Assembly: GCF_006345805.1 (NCBI RefSeq)
Contig: NC_043004.1
Span: forward strand, 80,848,001 to 80,912,000
Reading direction: 5' to 3'
Length of the DNA stretch: 64,000 bases
Origin: Octopus sinensis
Lineage: Eukaryota
How positions within the stretch are numbered: position 1 is the first letter of the stretch; each line of letters starts with the position of its first letter. Both the position numbers and the translations under genes were made by a program. The notes beneath the pieces are model-generated. The model ran no database searches. It was not told where the DNA came from and was given only the letters and a program-made list of their open reading frames with translations. Positions 24,668-35,609 of this stretch are shown here, in pieces.

Positions 24668-26586
24668 CATTGTCATTTACTTTTAATCTGCATGTTTGAT
24701 GCAATCACCTGCCGGGGCACACCCAGCGCCCTAGGGCAAGTGAAGGTTAAGAGTTGTTGAAATATAGCTGAAAGCTTGGGGAGGGGAAGTAGAGAAATAT
24801 CTCCATGTAATACAAACACAAACATTTACATTGATAGGGTTTTTCTAAGGATGTGGGCAGTACTTGTTAGCACAATCTTTTGGATTTCCTTGAGACATGG
24901 TTTTCCAGGGATATTGTCTAGGTGTTTCTGACATCCCTTTTTTATCATACCTAGGGCACCTACAATAACAGGAACAGTTTTTGTTTTAAGATTCCACATC
25001 CTCTGTATTTCGATTTCCAGGTCCTTATATTTACTAAGTTTGTCAAATTCCTTGACAGATACATTTTCATCAGTGGGGACGCTTACTTCTATTAGTCTGC
25101 AGGTATTTTCTTCCCTGTCTTTAACAATTATGTCTGGTCGATTAACCTTGATCGTTCTGTCAGTGTTGACTGGAAAATCCCAGAGGATGGTGACATCTTT
25201 ACCTTCAACAACTGGCTGAGGATGGTGTTCATACCAGTTAGCAGGAGTGTCGGATTTGTAGTGTTTACATATCTTCCAATGTATATACTGTCCTACCCTA
25301 TCGTGGCGATTTTTGTATTCGTTTGGTGTCAGCACAGGACATCCCGAAACGAGATGGTCTATTGTTTCGTCAAATGTGTCACAGAATCTGCATTTAGGGT
25401 CAGTACCGTTTCGGAGAACGTTAGCCTGGTAATTTCTGGTAAACAAGCTTTGATCTTGTGCTGCCATTATGAAGCCTTCAGTCTCTGCTTTCAATCCAGA
25501 ACTCTTCAGCCACTGATGGGTTGTTGCTTGGTCTACATCAGCATTTTGGCTTCGGAGAATGTATTGTCCATGCAGGGGCTTCTGGCTCCACCGCCTCTCA
25601 ATTTGATTCTGCCCATTCTTTTTTGCAGTCTGCCTGATTCGCTTTGCTTGCTTGGTAGCAGTGGTTTCTGGCTCTTCACCTGATTCAAGGTTAATGCCTA
25701 GTTCCCTTTCGAACTTATAAGCTTCCTTGACAATAGAATGCAGCTTTTTGCTGCTTTCGTGTTCACACACAAGTCGCAGCATCCAGTCTTTTGTACTAGA
25801 TAGGTACCTGTTCATTCCTACAGTAGAGGTCTTATAGCACAGCTCCAATTGCATCATTCCTCTCCCCCCCCCGCTGCTTCTAGGTAGGTACAAGCGGTCT
25901 ACATCTGCCTTAGGGTGGTGCATGCTCCTGGATGTCAGTAACTTTCTTGTCTTCCTGTCCAAGCGTTGGAGTTCCGTAAGGTTCCAGTTAATGATGTTAA
26001 AACTGTACTGGACTACTGGAAGTGCCAGGGTGTTAATGGCCTCAATGCAATTTTTGGAGTTGAGTTCAGTCTTCAGTACAAGCCTTATTCTCCTATAGTA
26101 CTCCTTTCTTATTTTTTCCTTCATAGTAGCATGATGTATACCATCTCCTTCGTTGATTCCTAGGTATTTGTAGCTTTCTTGTGGGTCAAGTTCCTTGATG
26201 GTAGTGTCAATATCTAATTTAACAGAAGCTGTTTGCCTGAGCTTGCCTCTTACAAAAGTTGCTTTAGCACACTTATCAAGGCCAGAATCCATTCCGATAT
26301 CATTGCTAAACTCTTTAACAGTTGTTAGCAGCCCTTCTAGCTCTTGGTCATTCTTGGCAAACAGCTTTAGATCGTCCATATAAAAAAGGTGGTTTATTAA
26401 CTTGTTAAAAACTTTGTACCCATATCTGGCACTATCCAATTCGTTTGAGAGTGGGATCAGTGCCATGCAAAAAAGTAATGGAGAGAGGGAGTCACCTTGA
26501 AAGATGCCTCGTTTGATGTTGATGCTGTTGGACTGGCTCATCCCATTACTATGGCTTAGAAAGAGACGTGTGTTCCACATGGTCAT
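24667..26586 (-). mobile_element. R4/Dong-like RLE non-LTR retrotransposon, 5'-truncated, in a (TAA)n tract
   Basis: Contains the ORF below plus about 160 bp of 3' UTR; (ATT)n runs on both sides. Confidence 0.92.
24826..26586 (-). CDS. C-terminal 586 aa of an RLE-type LINE ORF: RT (GIFQGDSLSPLLF, YMDDLKL), CCHC finger (CRFC...ETIDHLVSGC), restriction-like endonuclease (RHD...PD...IEVSVP...K...KY)
   Basis: Uninterrupted ORF with the diagnostic motifs; the start is a truncation point, not a natural start. Confidence 0.92.
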   Translation of the reverse strand: MTMWNTRLFLSHSNGMSQSNSINIKRGIFQGDSLSPLLFCMALIPLSNELDSARYGYKVFNKLINHLFYMDDLKLFAKNDQELEGLLTTVKEFSNDIGMDSGLDKCAKATFVRGKLRQTASVKLDIDTTIKELDPQESYKYLGINEGDGIHHATMKEKIRKEYYRRIRLVLKTELNSKNCIEAINTLALPVVQYSFNIINWNLTELQRLDRKTRKLLTSRSMHHPKADVDRLYLPRSSGGGRGMMQLELCYKTSTVGMNRYLSSTKDWMLRLVCEHESSKKLHSIVKEAYKFERELGINLESGEEPETTATKQAKRIRQTAKKNGQNQIERRWSQKPLHGQYILRSQNADVDQATTHQWLKSSGLKAETEGFIMAAQDQSLFTRNYQANVLRNGTDPKCRFCDTFDETIDHLVSGCPVLTPNEYKNRHDRVGQYIHWKICKHYKSDTPANWYEHHPQPVVEGKDVTILWDFPVNTDRTIKVNRPDIIVKDREENTCRLIEVSVPTDENVSVKEFDKLSKYKDLEIEIQRMWNLKTKTVPVIVGALGMIKKGCQKHLDNIPGKPCLKEIQKIVLTSTAHILRKTLSM

Positions 26587-26626
26587 ATTATTATTATTAT
26601 TATTATTATTGTTATTATTATTATTA

Positions 26627-26826
26627 CCTTTGCACAGCTTCTAACGCTGGAGATGTACTACGGTGTCAGCTGTTCACTACCAGTGAACTAAGGTAACACC
26701 TCTTATTTTTCGAGCACCTTCCGGAGTATTCGAGCGGTTCCAAGCAGTGCTGTTTTCTGCAAGTGCTCCACCCTTATTGCAGCCCCTGTTTGTTCCACCT
26801 ACTTCTCGAGATTTTTGCTCACAGGG
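26627..26826 (-). mobile_element. Second R4/Dong-like family, 3' end fragment
   Basis: Minus EHLQKTALLGTARILRKVLEK* plus a 3' UTR nearly identical to 41400-41580. Confidence 0.85.
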
Positions 26827-26877
26827 ATTACTACTACTACTACTACTACTACTACAACTACTACTACTACTACTACT

Positions 26878-27360
26878 CATTCATCATTGTTCGACCGTGG
26901 TCGTGACAACGGAATTTACTATGTTATGCCAGACTTCACGGTCCATCATGGCATTACGGAGGTCCTGTTCCTGGATGCCTGTATTCCTCGAGATTACATC
27001 AGGGCAGGAGAGTGTGCACCCTCTGGTATCGCGAGTAGATGGCTTCCAGAGGAGATGGGCAGAAATTACCTTGTTTTCAGCTCTACAACAATGTCCAGCA
27101 AACTGAACTCTTCTACCTTTCACAAGAGATGATACAGGTGGTAGTTTCCCATATATTTGTACTTCGGTTGGATGACGCTTCCACGAGAGATTTTGAGCTC
27201 TCATAAGGAGGCGAGTGTAAGTTCCATCAAACCACCTCTGAAGCTTCTTTGATAACGTCCAGGTTTCTGAGCCATATAGTAGAATTGGTTCGACTGTGGC
27301 TTTGAAGATTTTAAGTTTAAAATTTCTACTTAGATTTGATAACCAGATCTTATGCATATC
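26878..27360 (-). mobile_element. RTE-clade LINE 3' fragment (157-aa frame)
   Basis: MHKIW...KIFKATVEPILLYGSETWTL...RRVQFAGHC...DREVWHNIV; homologous to 63295-63782. Confidence 0.88.
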
Positions 27361-27368
27361 TTGTGCTC

Positions 27369-27445
<77 letters not shown>

Positions 27446-27983
27446 GTTATTGTTATTATCCCCTCGCTGCAAACCTCTATGTTTTCTTTCTTTCCTTTTT
27501 TTCCATTATAGAATTTCTATAAAGCCAAGTAAGCAGAGATGCATCTTTATAACTCGACAGGTCCTGACAGAGCAGAATTGCGTTGGTTGCTGTTTCTAAT
27601 TACGCAAGAATTGCCCGCCCTCCTCACAACTATTCTTTTCCTCCACCTCGCGTGCGATACGGTTTAATATTCTCTCTCCCCCATTGTGATGAATGAAATT
27701 ATATTCGTCCTGCTTCTTTTGGCAACCCCGTTATTATAAGCTCGGTTTGCTTTCAGAGAGGGGCAACGTTATACAATTCGTACAGGCCCATGGCGTGCTT
27801 GCCTGCGTGAGTGAATGCGTACGCACAAGTGGTGTAGAGGTGCGAATGCGTATGTGGTTGTGTGTGTGGGTGCGTGTGTGGGTGTGAGACAGGGAGATAG
27901 AGAGAGAGGGAGAGTGTGTGAGTGTGAGCTTGTGTGTGAGTTTGTGTTTTTTTTGTGTGTGTGTGTGTATGTGTGTGTGTGTA

Positions 27984-28016
<33 letters not shown>

Positions 28017-28652
28017 AGACGAGTGTGAATTTGTGCGCGTGCGTACGAATGTGTGTGTGTGTGTGTGTGTGTGAGACAGGGAGATAGAGAGAGAGGGAGA
28101 GTGTGTGAATGTGAGCTTTTGTGTGAGATTGTGTGTTTTGTGTGTGTATGTGTGAGAGAGAGAGATGAATGTGTGAGTTTGTGCGCGCCCGTGTGTGTGT
28201 GTATGCATGTGCGTTTGACTGTTTTTGCGTTGTTTCATGAATACGCGTACGATCAGTGCACGTGTTAATATTTGTATGATATACATACATACACAGCTAT
28301 ATAGATACCGCCCCCCACACACGCACACATAATACTTGTATATGTATACACACACATACTCTCAAACACGTACACATGCAAGCACAAACGTATTTATATG
28401 TGTATATGTATGTACATGTGTATATACATACATGCATATATATATATTTGTAAATAGATGAGTGTATTTTTACCTTGTTAACAATCAACACGGAAAAAAT
28501 AGATAAATAGTTACCAGGGTAGCAAAGATCTCACAAGTAAAGATGTTGTAACTCCTTGTTTTTAAAGGTAGAAACTTCGTGCTTACGTGGAATATTTTGA
28601 ATTATATGAATAAATAAATGGAGTTTCACGCAGGTGTAAGTCAAATATTTTT

Positions 28653-28738
28653 ACTTTCGACACATGTTTCGAAAATTCCACTGATACTATTCAAAAGAAT
28701 AAATGGTATAAACAATGCAATCTTCTCTTCGGGAAAGT
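28653..28738 (-). ncRNA. Type-I hammerhead ribozyme motif downstream of the GIY-YIG ORF
   Basis: Minus ACTTTC-CCGAAGA-GAA-(long loop)-TTC-GAAA-CATGT-GTC-GAAAGT: perfect 6-bp stem I, ACATGT palindromic stem III, GUC triplet; U4 is replaced by C. Confidence 0.65.
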
Positions 28739-28940
28739 GAAAAACACGAAACTCGTCAATAGGACATTTTAGCAAAAAATGACGGATTTGTATAGCGATT
28801 GACAGAACGCTATTAATATTGTTTAAAAAAAACGTTATATGATATAACGTCATAAGTAGCTAACAGAAAGAGTAGGGATACCAATAGTGAATGTTAAATA
28901 TAAAGGAAATTAAAGTTTAAATTATATATAATGATAGAGA

Positions 28941-29460
28941 CTACTTATATGCACTAAACGTGTGTTTTTGCCAATGCTTACATCTGTATGCTCGCTCTAT
29001 AACCGTGTTTACTAGAGTATTTTCAGAAAAAATAATGAAAAATAGCTCAGAATTGCAGAAAAGACAGAATTCCTTGCCTTTGTCATAAGGTATCGAAATT
29101 GAGAGAATCAACCATTCTAAATGAAATTGTTCATTGTGGTCTTTTAAACCCCAAATCAGTTTGCTGAGACCGGTACTATTACGTTTATTTCTATCCTTAA
29201 ATGTTGAGTAATGGATAGAAATTCTTTTAGATAACTCTAACGATGTGCTTCCAATGTAAAATCGTACTTTATTACGACTACTGATTATATACTGGTATAT
29301 AGAATTTTTAATCTTAGAGTTACTTGACATAAACTTAATTCTATTGGAATTGACTTCAGATACAATAACCTTGTTATTAATATTCCTTGAGGGTTGGATG
29401 GTATTAGCTAAATTAATGTTAGTATTAGTAAATGTATTAATACATTTACTAATACTAACA
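28941..29460 (-). CDS. GIY-YIG endonuclease of a Penelope-like retroelement (open frame; in-frame ATG at 29330 gives 129 aa)
   Basis: SIYQY...FYIGSTS..LSKRISIH...STGLSKLIWGLK...CLFCNSE...LVN...CKH...K: the conserved Y, YIG, R, H, E, N residues and the C-terminal Cys/His pattern of PLE endonucleases. Confidence 0.8.
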
Positions 29461-29463
29461 TTA

Positions 29464-29509
<46 letters not shown>

Positions 29510-29626
29510 ATGTTTGTATGTATGTTTGTATGTATGTTTGTATGTATGTATGTATGTATGTATGTATGTATGTATGTATGTATGTATGTATGTATGTATG
29601 TATATAAGGAGAATTCGTAAAAAAAA

Positions 29627-29834
29627 AAGACGAAGACGAGTGTGTAGACAACAAACAGATGTATTAGTATAACTTTCAGGAAGGGAAAAGGTCTTTAATG
29701 TTTCGAGCCTACGCTCTTCCACAGAAAGGAACACAGAAAGAAACAAGGAGAGAAAATAAAGGATGTGTAGTGGCTATACATCTGTTTGTTTTGCACACCA
29801 CCTGTCTTCGTCTTTTGTTTTTTTCGTAAACTCT
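29627..29834 (-). mobile_element. Penelope-type pseudo-LTR element with inverted partial copy
   Basis: 29627-29690 and 29770-29834 are inverted repeats enclosing a hammerhead-like motif; same family as 229-453. Confidence 0.65.
29692..29730 (-). ncRNA. Hammerhead-like motif, variant core CUGUGGA
   Basis: Minus CTTT-CTGTGGA-A-GAGC-GTAG-GCTC-GAAA-CATT-AAAG. Confidence 0.55.
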
Positions 29835-29848
29835 CTACATATATATAT

Positions 29849-29910
<62 letters not shown>

Positions 29911-29944
29911 ATATATTATATATATATATATATATATGTATATA

Positions 29945-32835
29945 CAGAAAAGACCGACAGAAAAGAAAGGAGTCATGGAGGAGTTGCTATGTACATCCGA
30001 GAGGACCTCACACCCCAGGTCCTTTTGTCATACTCAAACTCGGTGTGTGACACACTAATTGTACACTTAAGGCAACTTGATGTAGTTGTGTGTGCTACAT
30101 ATCGCCCTCCAGATGCCCCAAGCCATATGGGCAAGTTTGAGGACTGCCTTTTAAAAATAGAAGTTCTAATCACATTAGAACAACACATAAGTGTACTTCT
30201 CATGGGAGACTTCAATCTACCCAATGTCAGATGGCCCGAGGGCCTTTCTCTCCCAGGAATGACAAGATGTGAACGAGGACAGGCGAGGTCCCTCCTGAAC
30301 CTCAACAAACACCCTGTACATGGAGCAAGTAATACTCCAACCAACCAGGGCAGGTAACACACTGGATCTCTGCTTCACAAATAATATGGATCTCATCCAT
30401 AATGTGAAAGTGACACCGACACTACTCTCGGATCACAACATGGTAGAGCTGACCATGTACGGGCCAAAAGAGAGCACGGACATGCAGCCTACAAGAAACC
30501 CTCAGAATCTTTCCAGCTTGAACTTCAATAAGGCAAACTGGAAACAAATTGCGAAAGAGATCCTCGAACAAAACTGGCCTGAATGTCTCTCCTCGCCGGA
30601 CATCGACATGATACTTCAACAATTCATATCTGTAATGCAAGCCATATGCTACAAATGTGTCCCAGAGAGAAAGGCCACTGTACACAAGAACAAAATCCCC
30701 AGAGAGAGGAACATTTTAATGAGACGGCGTACAAAAATTTCAAATCGCCTAAACAAACAAATTGAAAGCAGTGAAAAGTCCCGCCTGAAAATAAAACTGT
30801 TGGAAATCGAAAAATGTTGGAAATCGAAAAACTCTCCCATGAGAAGGAAAGAGCAGACAAAGAAGCCTGGGCTATAGACAACATAAAAACTAACCCCAGA
30901 GCTTTCTACAGGTATGCCAAAGAAACAGCTACGGTGCACTGTAGGATAGGGCCACTCCTTGAAAAGGATGGCACACTCACAGGAAAACCAATGAGGGTAA
31001 GTGAAATACTGAATGAACAATTCAAGAGTGTTTTCACTCCACCCCTTGGGCATTTTCAAGTCAGCAATCCAACTGACTTCTTTACCACTGCAGATATAGA
31101 ATCAGAGGCGGCGACGATAAATTACATCGATATAAAGGAAGACGATGTAATAAAGGCTATAGATGAAATGAAAACAGACTCAGCTATTGGCCCCGATGGA
31201 TTCCCGGCAATCCTCCTAAAAGTATGTAAGAGAGTCCTAGCAAGACCACTGCAGTTCCTCTTTCAGAGCTTCCTTGCAGCTGGCAAACTTCCAAGAAAAC
31301 TGAAGGAAGGTAAAATATGCCCTATTCATAAAGGAGGTAGCAGAGCGGAGGCCAAGAACTACAGACCTATCTCTCTCACCTCACACATCAGCAAAGTCAT
31401 GGAACGAATAGTCAGAAGGAAACTAATCACCTTCCTTGAAGAAAATGACTTGCTGCCTGACACCCAACATGGTTTCCGACCAGGAAGAAGCTGCTTAACT
31501 CAGCTCCTGCAGCACTATGACTGGGTGCTGAAACAACTGCTCAACCACTCAAATGTGGAAGTCATATATCTCGACTTCGCAAAGGCCTTCGATAAAGTTG
31601 ATCATGGAATGATATGTCACAAACTGCGTGATCTTGGCATAGTTGGAAAACTAGGAGAATGGCTTCATGACTTTCTGAAGAATAGAAGTCAGGTGGTAAC
31701 AGCCAATGGGGCCACTTCCATTAGCACGCAAATAGTGAGCGGTGTTCCGCAGGGCACTGTTTTGGGACCACTACTGTTCATAATGGCCCTCTCAGACATG
31801 CCCTCAGCCACGCAGAGAGCCACGATCACAAGTTATGCAGATGATACAAAAGTTTCACAGGCAATACAGAACCCTGAAGACACTAAGCACCTGCAATGTG
31901 AGCTGGACGAAATATACAAGTGGGCTGAAAAGAATAGCATGCAGTTCAATGCTGAAAAGTTCAAGCTTTATACTATCAGCATGCAAAACTGAATGCAATA
32001 CCCAATGAATACACTGGACCCGGAGGGATTGCAATCCCAGAGGCACAATCAGTGCGTGACCTGGGTATTCACATGAGTGATGACGCGACCTTTCATGTAC
32101 ATGTTGCTAAATTGACAATGAAATGTAGACGGCTGGCTGGATGGATTCTTAGAACCTTTAGAACAAGAGAACAAGAAACCATGATGGTCCTCTGGAAGAC
32201 ACTTGTCCTAAGCCACTTTGACTATTGCTCTCAGCTATGGTCACCATCCAGTGTCAAATTGATCACAGAACTTGAGGCGATCCAACGAAGCTACACGAAG
32301 AAGATAGCCTCTGTGCAGCATATGAGCTACTGGGAGAGACTCAAAAGATTAAAGCTCTATTCCCTGGAGCGTAGGCGAGAAAGATATGCCATAATATATA
32401 TCTGGAAGATCCTGGAAGGTCTTGTCCCAGACTTTGGCATCGAGAGTCACACAAATGCCAGAACCGGACGCCACTGCGTAGTACCAAGGACTCCAAATTT
32501 GCCATCAAGATGTAGGACAAGATATTGTGATAGCCTGGGCTTCAGAGGCCCACGGCTCTTCAATATCCTCCCGAAGAACCTGAGGGACCTGCATGGTGTA
32601 GATGCGGATGTCTTTAAAGTAGGACTGGATCTCTTCCTGTCAGGTGTCCCGGATGAACCAACTTCACGGCAGGAGGTGCAGATGAGGGCAGCTGCATCGA
32701 ACTCTCTCATGCATCAGATGGCGTTTGCTAAAAAGCATCCGTGAGGTAAAACCGTGTAGCAAACCAAATGGCGGTGCCCCAGCATAGCCACAGCTCATTA
32801 GCTGAAACTGGAAAAATCAAAATCAATCAATCATA
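29945..32835 (+). mobile_element. CR1-type LINE (APE endonuclease + RT), 5'-truncated and frameshifted
   Basis: APE motifs GGVAMYIR, YRPP, LMGDFNLP, TLDLCFT, SDH; RT motifs NYRPISLTS, QHGFR, YLDFAKAFDKVDH, GVPQGTVLGP, YADD; CR1-like SLERRRERY; (AATC)n tail. It is split over frames 29989-30357, 30320-30877, 30814-31992 and 32052-32744. Confidence 0.93.
30814..31992 (+). pseudogene. RT core segment (392 aa) of the CR1-type LINE
   Basis: RT motifs are intact, bounded by frameshifts on both sides. Confidence 0.9.
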
Positions 32836-32877
32836 TGTATATATACATATATATATACATATATACATATATATATA

Positions 32878-32936
<59 letters not shown>

Positions 32937-33008
32937 AACTATCTACTTAGCTATACACATATACATATGACCGAAGATTAGCGTCACACTTGAAACTCTG
33001 AGCACCAA

Positions 33009-33049
33009 GGAGTTTGAATCAAACTGTTTTGATCCATACATGTAACTCC
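33009..33049 (+). ncRNA. Hammerhead remnant (stems kept, core lost)
   Basis: GGAGTT...AACTCC stem I, ATCAAA/TTTGAT stem II, ACATGT palindrome; CUGANGA and GAAA are degraded. Confidence 0.35.
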
Positions 33050-33149
33050 TAATAAATGTGTTGAGTCCCCTTCTTTCGTTTGTCTACTTACTCATAAATG
33101 TGTGTGTGGAGGGGGGTATGTATTTATACATAGATGTGTGTGTGTGTGT

Positions 33150-33485
33150 GTGTGTGTATCTTACCCATTGTGCATCTTGGGAAAATGTCTTCTGCTATAG
33201 CCTGGGGGCCTTGCAAGTGAATTTGGTTCATTATTGAAACTGGGTAGAAACCCGTCGTATGGGTGTGAGTGTGTGCGCACTTCGTCTTTATGTTTGTTTC
33301 TACACCGCTTGACAACCGGTGTCGGCTTGTTCAATGCGTGCTTGGCAAAAGATTACGAAGGAAAAAGTAATAAGCTTAAAACAGAGCAAGTACCACGGTT
33401 CATTTGTTCGACTAAACCCTTCCACAACGGCTCTCCAGTGTGGCCGCAGTCTATGGGCTGAAATAAGTAGAAGAAGGTAAAAGAA
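33150..33485 (+). mobile_element. SINE family S1, degraded
   Basis: CTTGGGAAAATGTCTTCTGCTATAGCC...GCTTGACAACCGGTG...CTCCAGTGTGGCCGCAGTC. Confidence 0.65.
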
Positions 33486-33934
33486 AGAATAATGTTGAGG
33501 GATTGATTACATTAAATACACTGTTTAGTAAGTCGTTCGGTCAATAATTTAATCGGTTAGGTTTGTCAAAATCCTTTCGTTGCCATTCGCGACCTCATCA
33601 TCCACAAGCCCCACCCACCTACTCTCCAGCTTTACTTTAGATCTGTCTGTCAGTGCGTGTGTTTATCATTGGCATAATGACCCTCCCAAGATACAACAAA
33701 ATATGTTTCAATAGACAAGTTCACATCAAGAATCTGGTCTCTATTGTTTGTATGCCATGTTTCCTGATATTACCAATGGTGGTAAAAGTAAACGGCATAC
33801 CTACGAAAGGGTACCCCGTCCCCAAGACTTTGGTTCCTGATAACTTCCAGAAAAATGGATGTCTTTTTCATGAAATTTTTACAAACAAGCTTCAGATAGT
33901 GTAGATACTGATTATATGGAATTCATTCTGAAAA

Positions 33935-34082
33935 TACAGTTCTATATTTAAGAGATGGGGAATTATGTACATTTTTTACGTTATTTACATTATTTACATT
34001 ATTTACATTACAGGCACATGGCGTAGTGGTTAAGAGCGCAGGCTACTAACCCCAAGATTCCGAGTTCGATTGCAGGCAGTGA

Positions 34083-34122
<40 letters not shown>

Positions 34123-34123
34123 C

Positions 34124-34160
<37 letters not shown>

Positions 34161-34342
34161 TAATAACAATAATAATGATAAACATCGAAAAATACCTTAG
34201 GAATGAGAACCCAGGTTCGAAATTTCCACAAAGCTCCTGATGAAGGCTGGAGGGTATATCAGTCGAAACATTGTGTTAACAAGAAATAAGATAAGAACAA
34301 ATATCTGTCAAATGTAAATAATGTAAATAATGTAAAAAATGT
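33935..34342 (+). mobile_element. tRNA-headed element with (AAT)n spacer and hammerhead; 5' inverted copy of its own tail
   Basis: A-box TGGCGTAGTGG and B-box-like AGTTCGATTGC in 34013-34086; hammerhead at 34231-34278; 33969-34009 is an inverted repeat of 34311-34342. Confidence 0.75.
34231..34278 (+). ncRNA. Type-I hammerhead ribozyme motif (CUGAUGA core)
   Basis: CTGATGA-A-GGCTG-N10-CAGTC-GAAA-CATT-GTGTT: core intact, 5-bp stem II; stems I and III carry mismatches. Confidence 0.7.
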
Positions 34343-35609
34343 TCGTTCTGAAAAATTTGAAATTTCGAAAAAATTGTAATGTGTGTCTGTATTTATATGT
34401 AAGAGCCAACCAATTTTTTCTTATTAAATTTCGATATAATTGTAATTTAAAGGTGTTTGTAATAAGTACTGTTAAAAATACCCATTTTTGAAAACAAAGT
34501 GATGAGGAAACAAAGCCGAGTTTTGTGAATTTTCAAAAACTCCCCTCCCCAACATCAGAAAAATATTTTGACAACAAATTTCGATATAATCGGAATTTTA
34601 GCTATCTGAAGCATATTTATAAAAACAATTCATTAAAAAATATCCATTTTCTGGAAGTTGTGAGGAAACAAAGTCCATTTGGAGAGGCACAGTTTTGTAG
34701 GCATGCCAAGTATACTTCTAACATTACCCATCATAAATATATGTTGAACATCAGGCCACAAAACGGTGGTCATTGATTTGGATATTGTAGGTGAGGCTGG
34801 CAGTTACAGTGAGAACTCTGGAAAATAGCTACAGGAATGATATTGGCATCATTCCTGTGATGCTAAAGCTCACCAAATAAGAAGATAAAAGAAGAAATAC
34901 ATATAAAAAAATCACTAAAATCAGATCCAATTATCTCGATGAGATAAAGTAGTTGAAAGGAAATATATAAAGAAACTTGTTTATAAGTTTGGCAATCATC
35001 ATTTTTTGAGCAGCTGATCGTAAGTTTGTAAGAGGTACTTATCTATCTTCGATCTTCCCCACTCTCTCTCTCTTCTCCCACCTCTATCTTTTTTCTTTGT
35101 TTCTGTTATAAACCTGCTATTTAATGAGTTGGTTCTACTCCCAAGGTATTCTGTTAACATAAAGTTTTTAAGTCTAGCATCCATATCTACACAGATAAAA
35201 CGATATTTGCTTGTTTTCTCCAGCGCGGTCTCCGGTTCTAAGAAAAAAAAAATGTTGTTGAATTCTGGCGGTCAGTTTACTTGTCGTTTTATATGCACTT
35301 AAAGTACACCGAAGTACATCAAACTAACTAGAAAAATAATGTGGTGGTCCATCGATGTGCTAGAAATAGTAGTCAAATCGCCTTCAAATCATAGCCCACC
35401 CTTTTAAAAAGAAAGATATATTGAACTATATAATCCTAGAAAGACGAATGTCATAAAGAGATTGGCATGGCTGGAACGCCTTTGATCTTCATGGGCCTGC
35501 TATAACAGCTCTGCTGCAGCTGGACAACGAAAAGAACAACTGATATATAAATACCGTTAAGCTTTTTCTTTCTCTTTCTTTTTTCCAACGCTCTCACGAC
35601 TTGGTCACT

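Larger units (their letters stand above)
28560..29460 (-). mobile_element. Penelope-like element fragment: GIY-YIG endonuclease plus 3' hammerhead-bearing region
   Basis: See the CDS and ncRNA features; the outer boundaries are approximate. Confidence 0.75.

Noticed and set aside
33700-33850. Gypsy integrase-like VPKTLVPDN
   Set aside because: Only one short motif matches; no D,D35E context or LTR.
34013-34086. True tRNA gene
   Set aside because: The acceptor and anticodon stems do not pair properly; it is fused to a microsatellite and a ribozyme, so it is treated as a SINE-type head. The same applies to 51194, 53438, 11400 and 18940.
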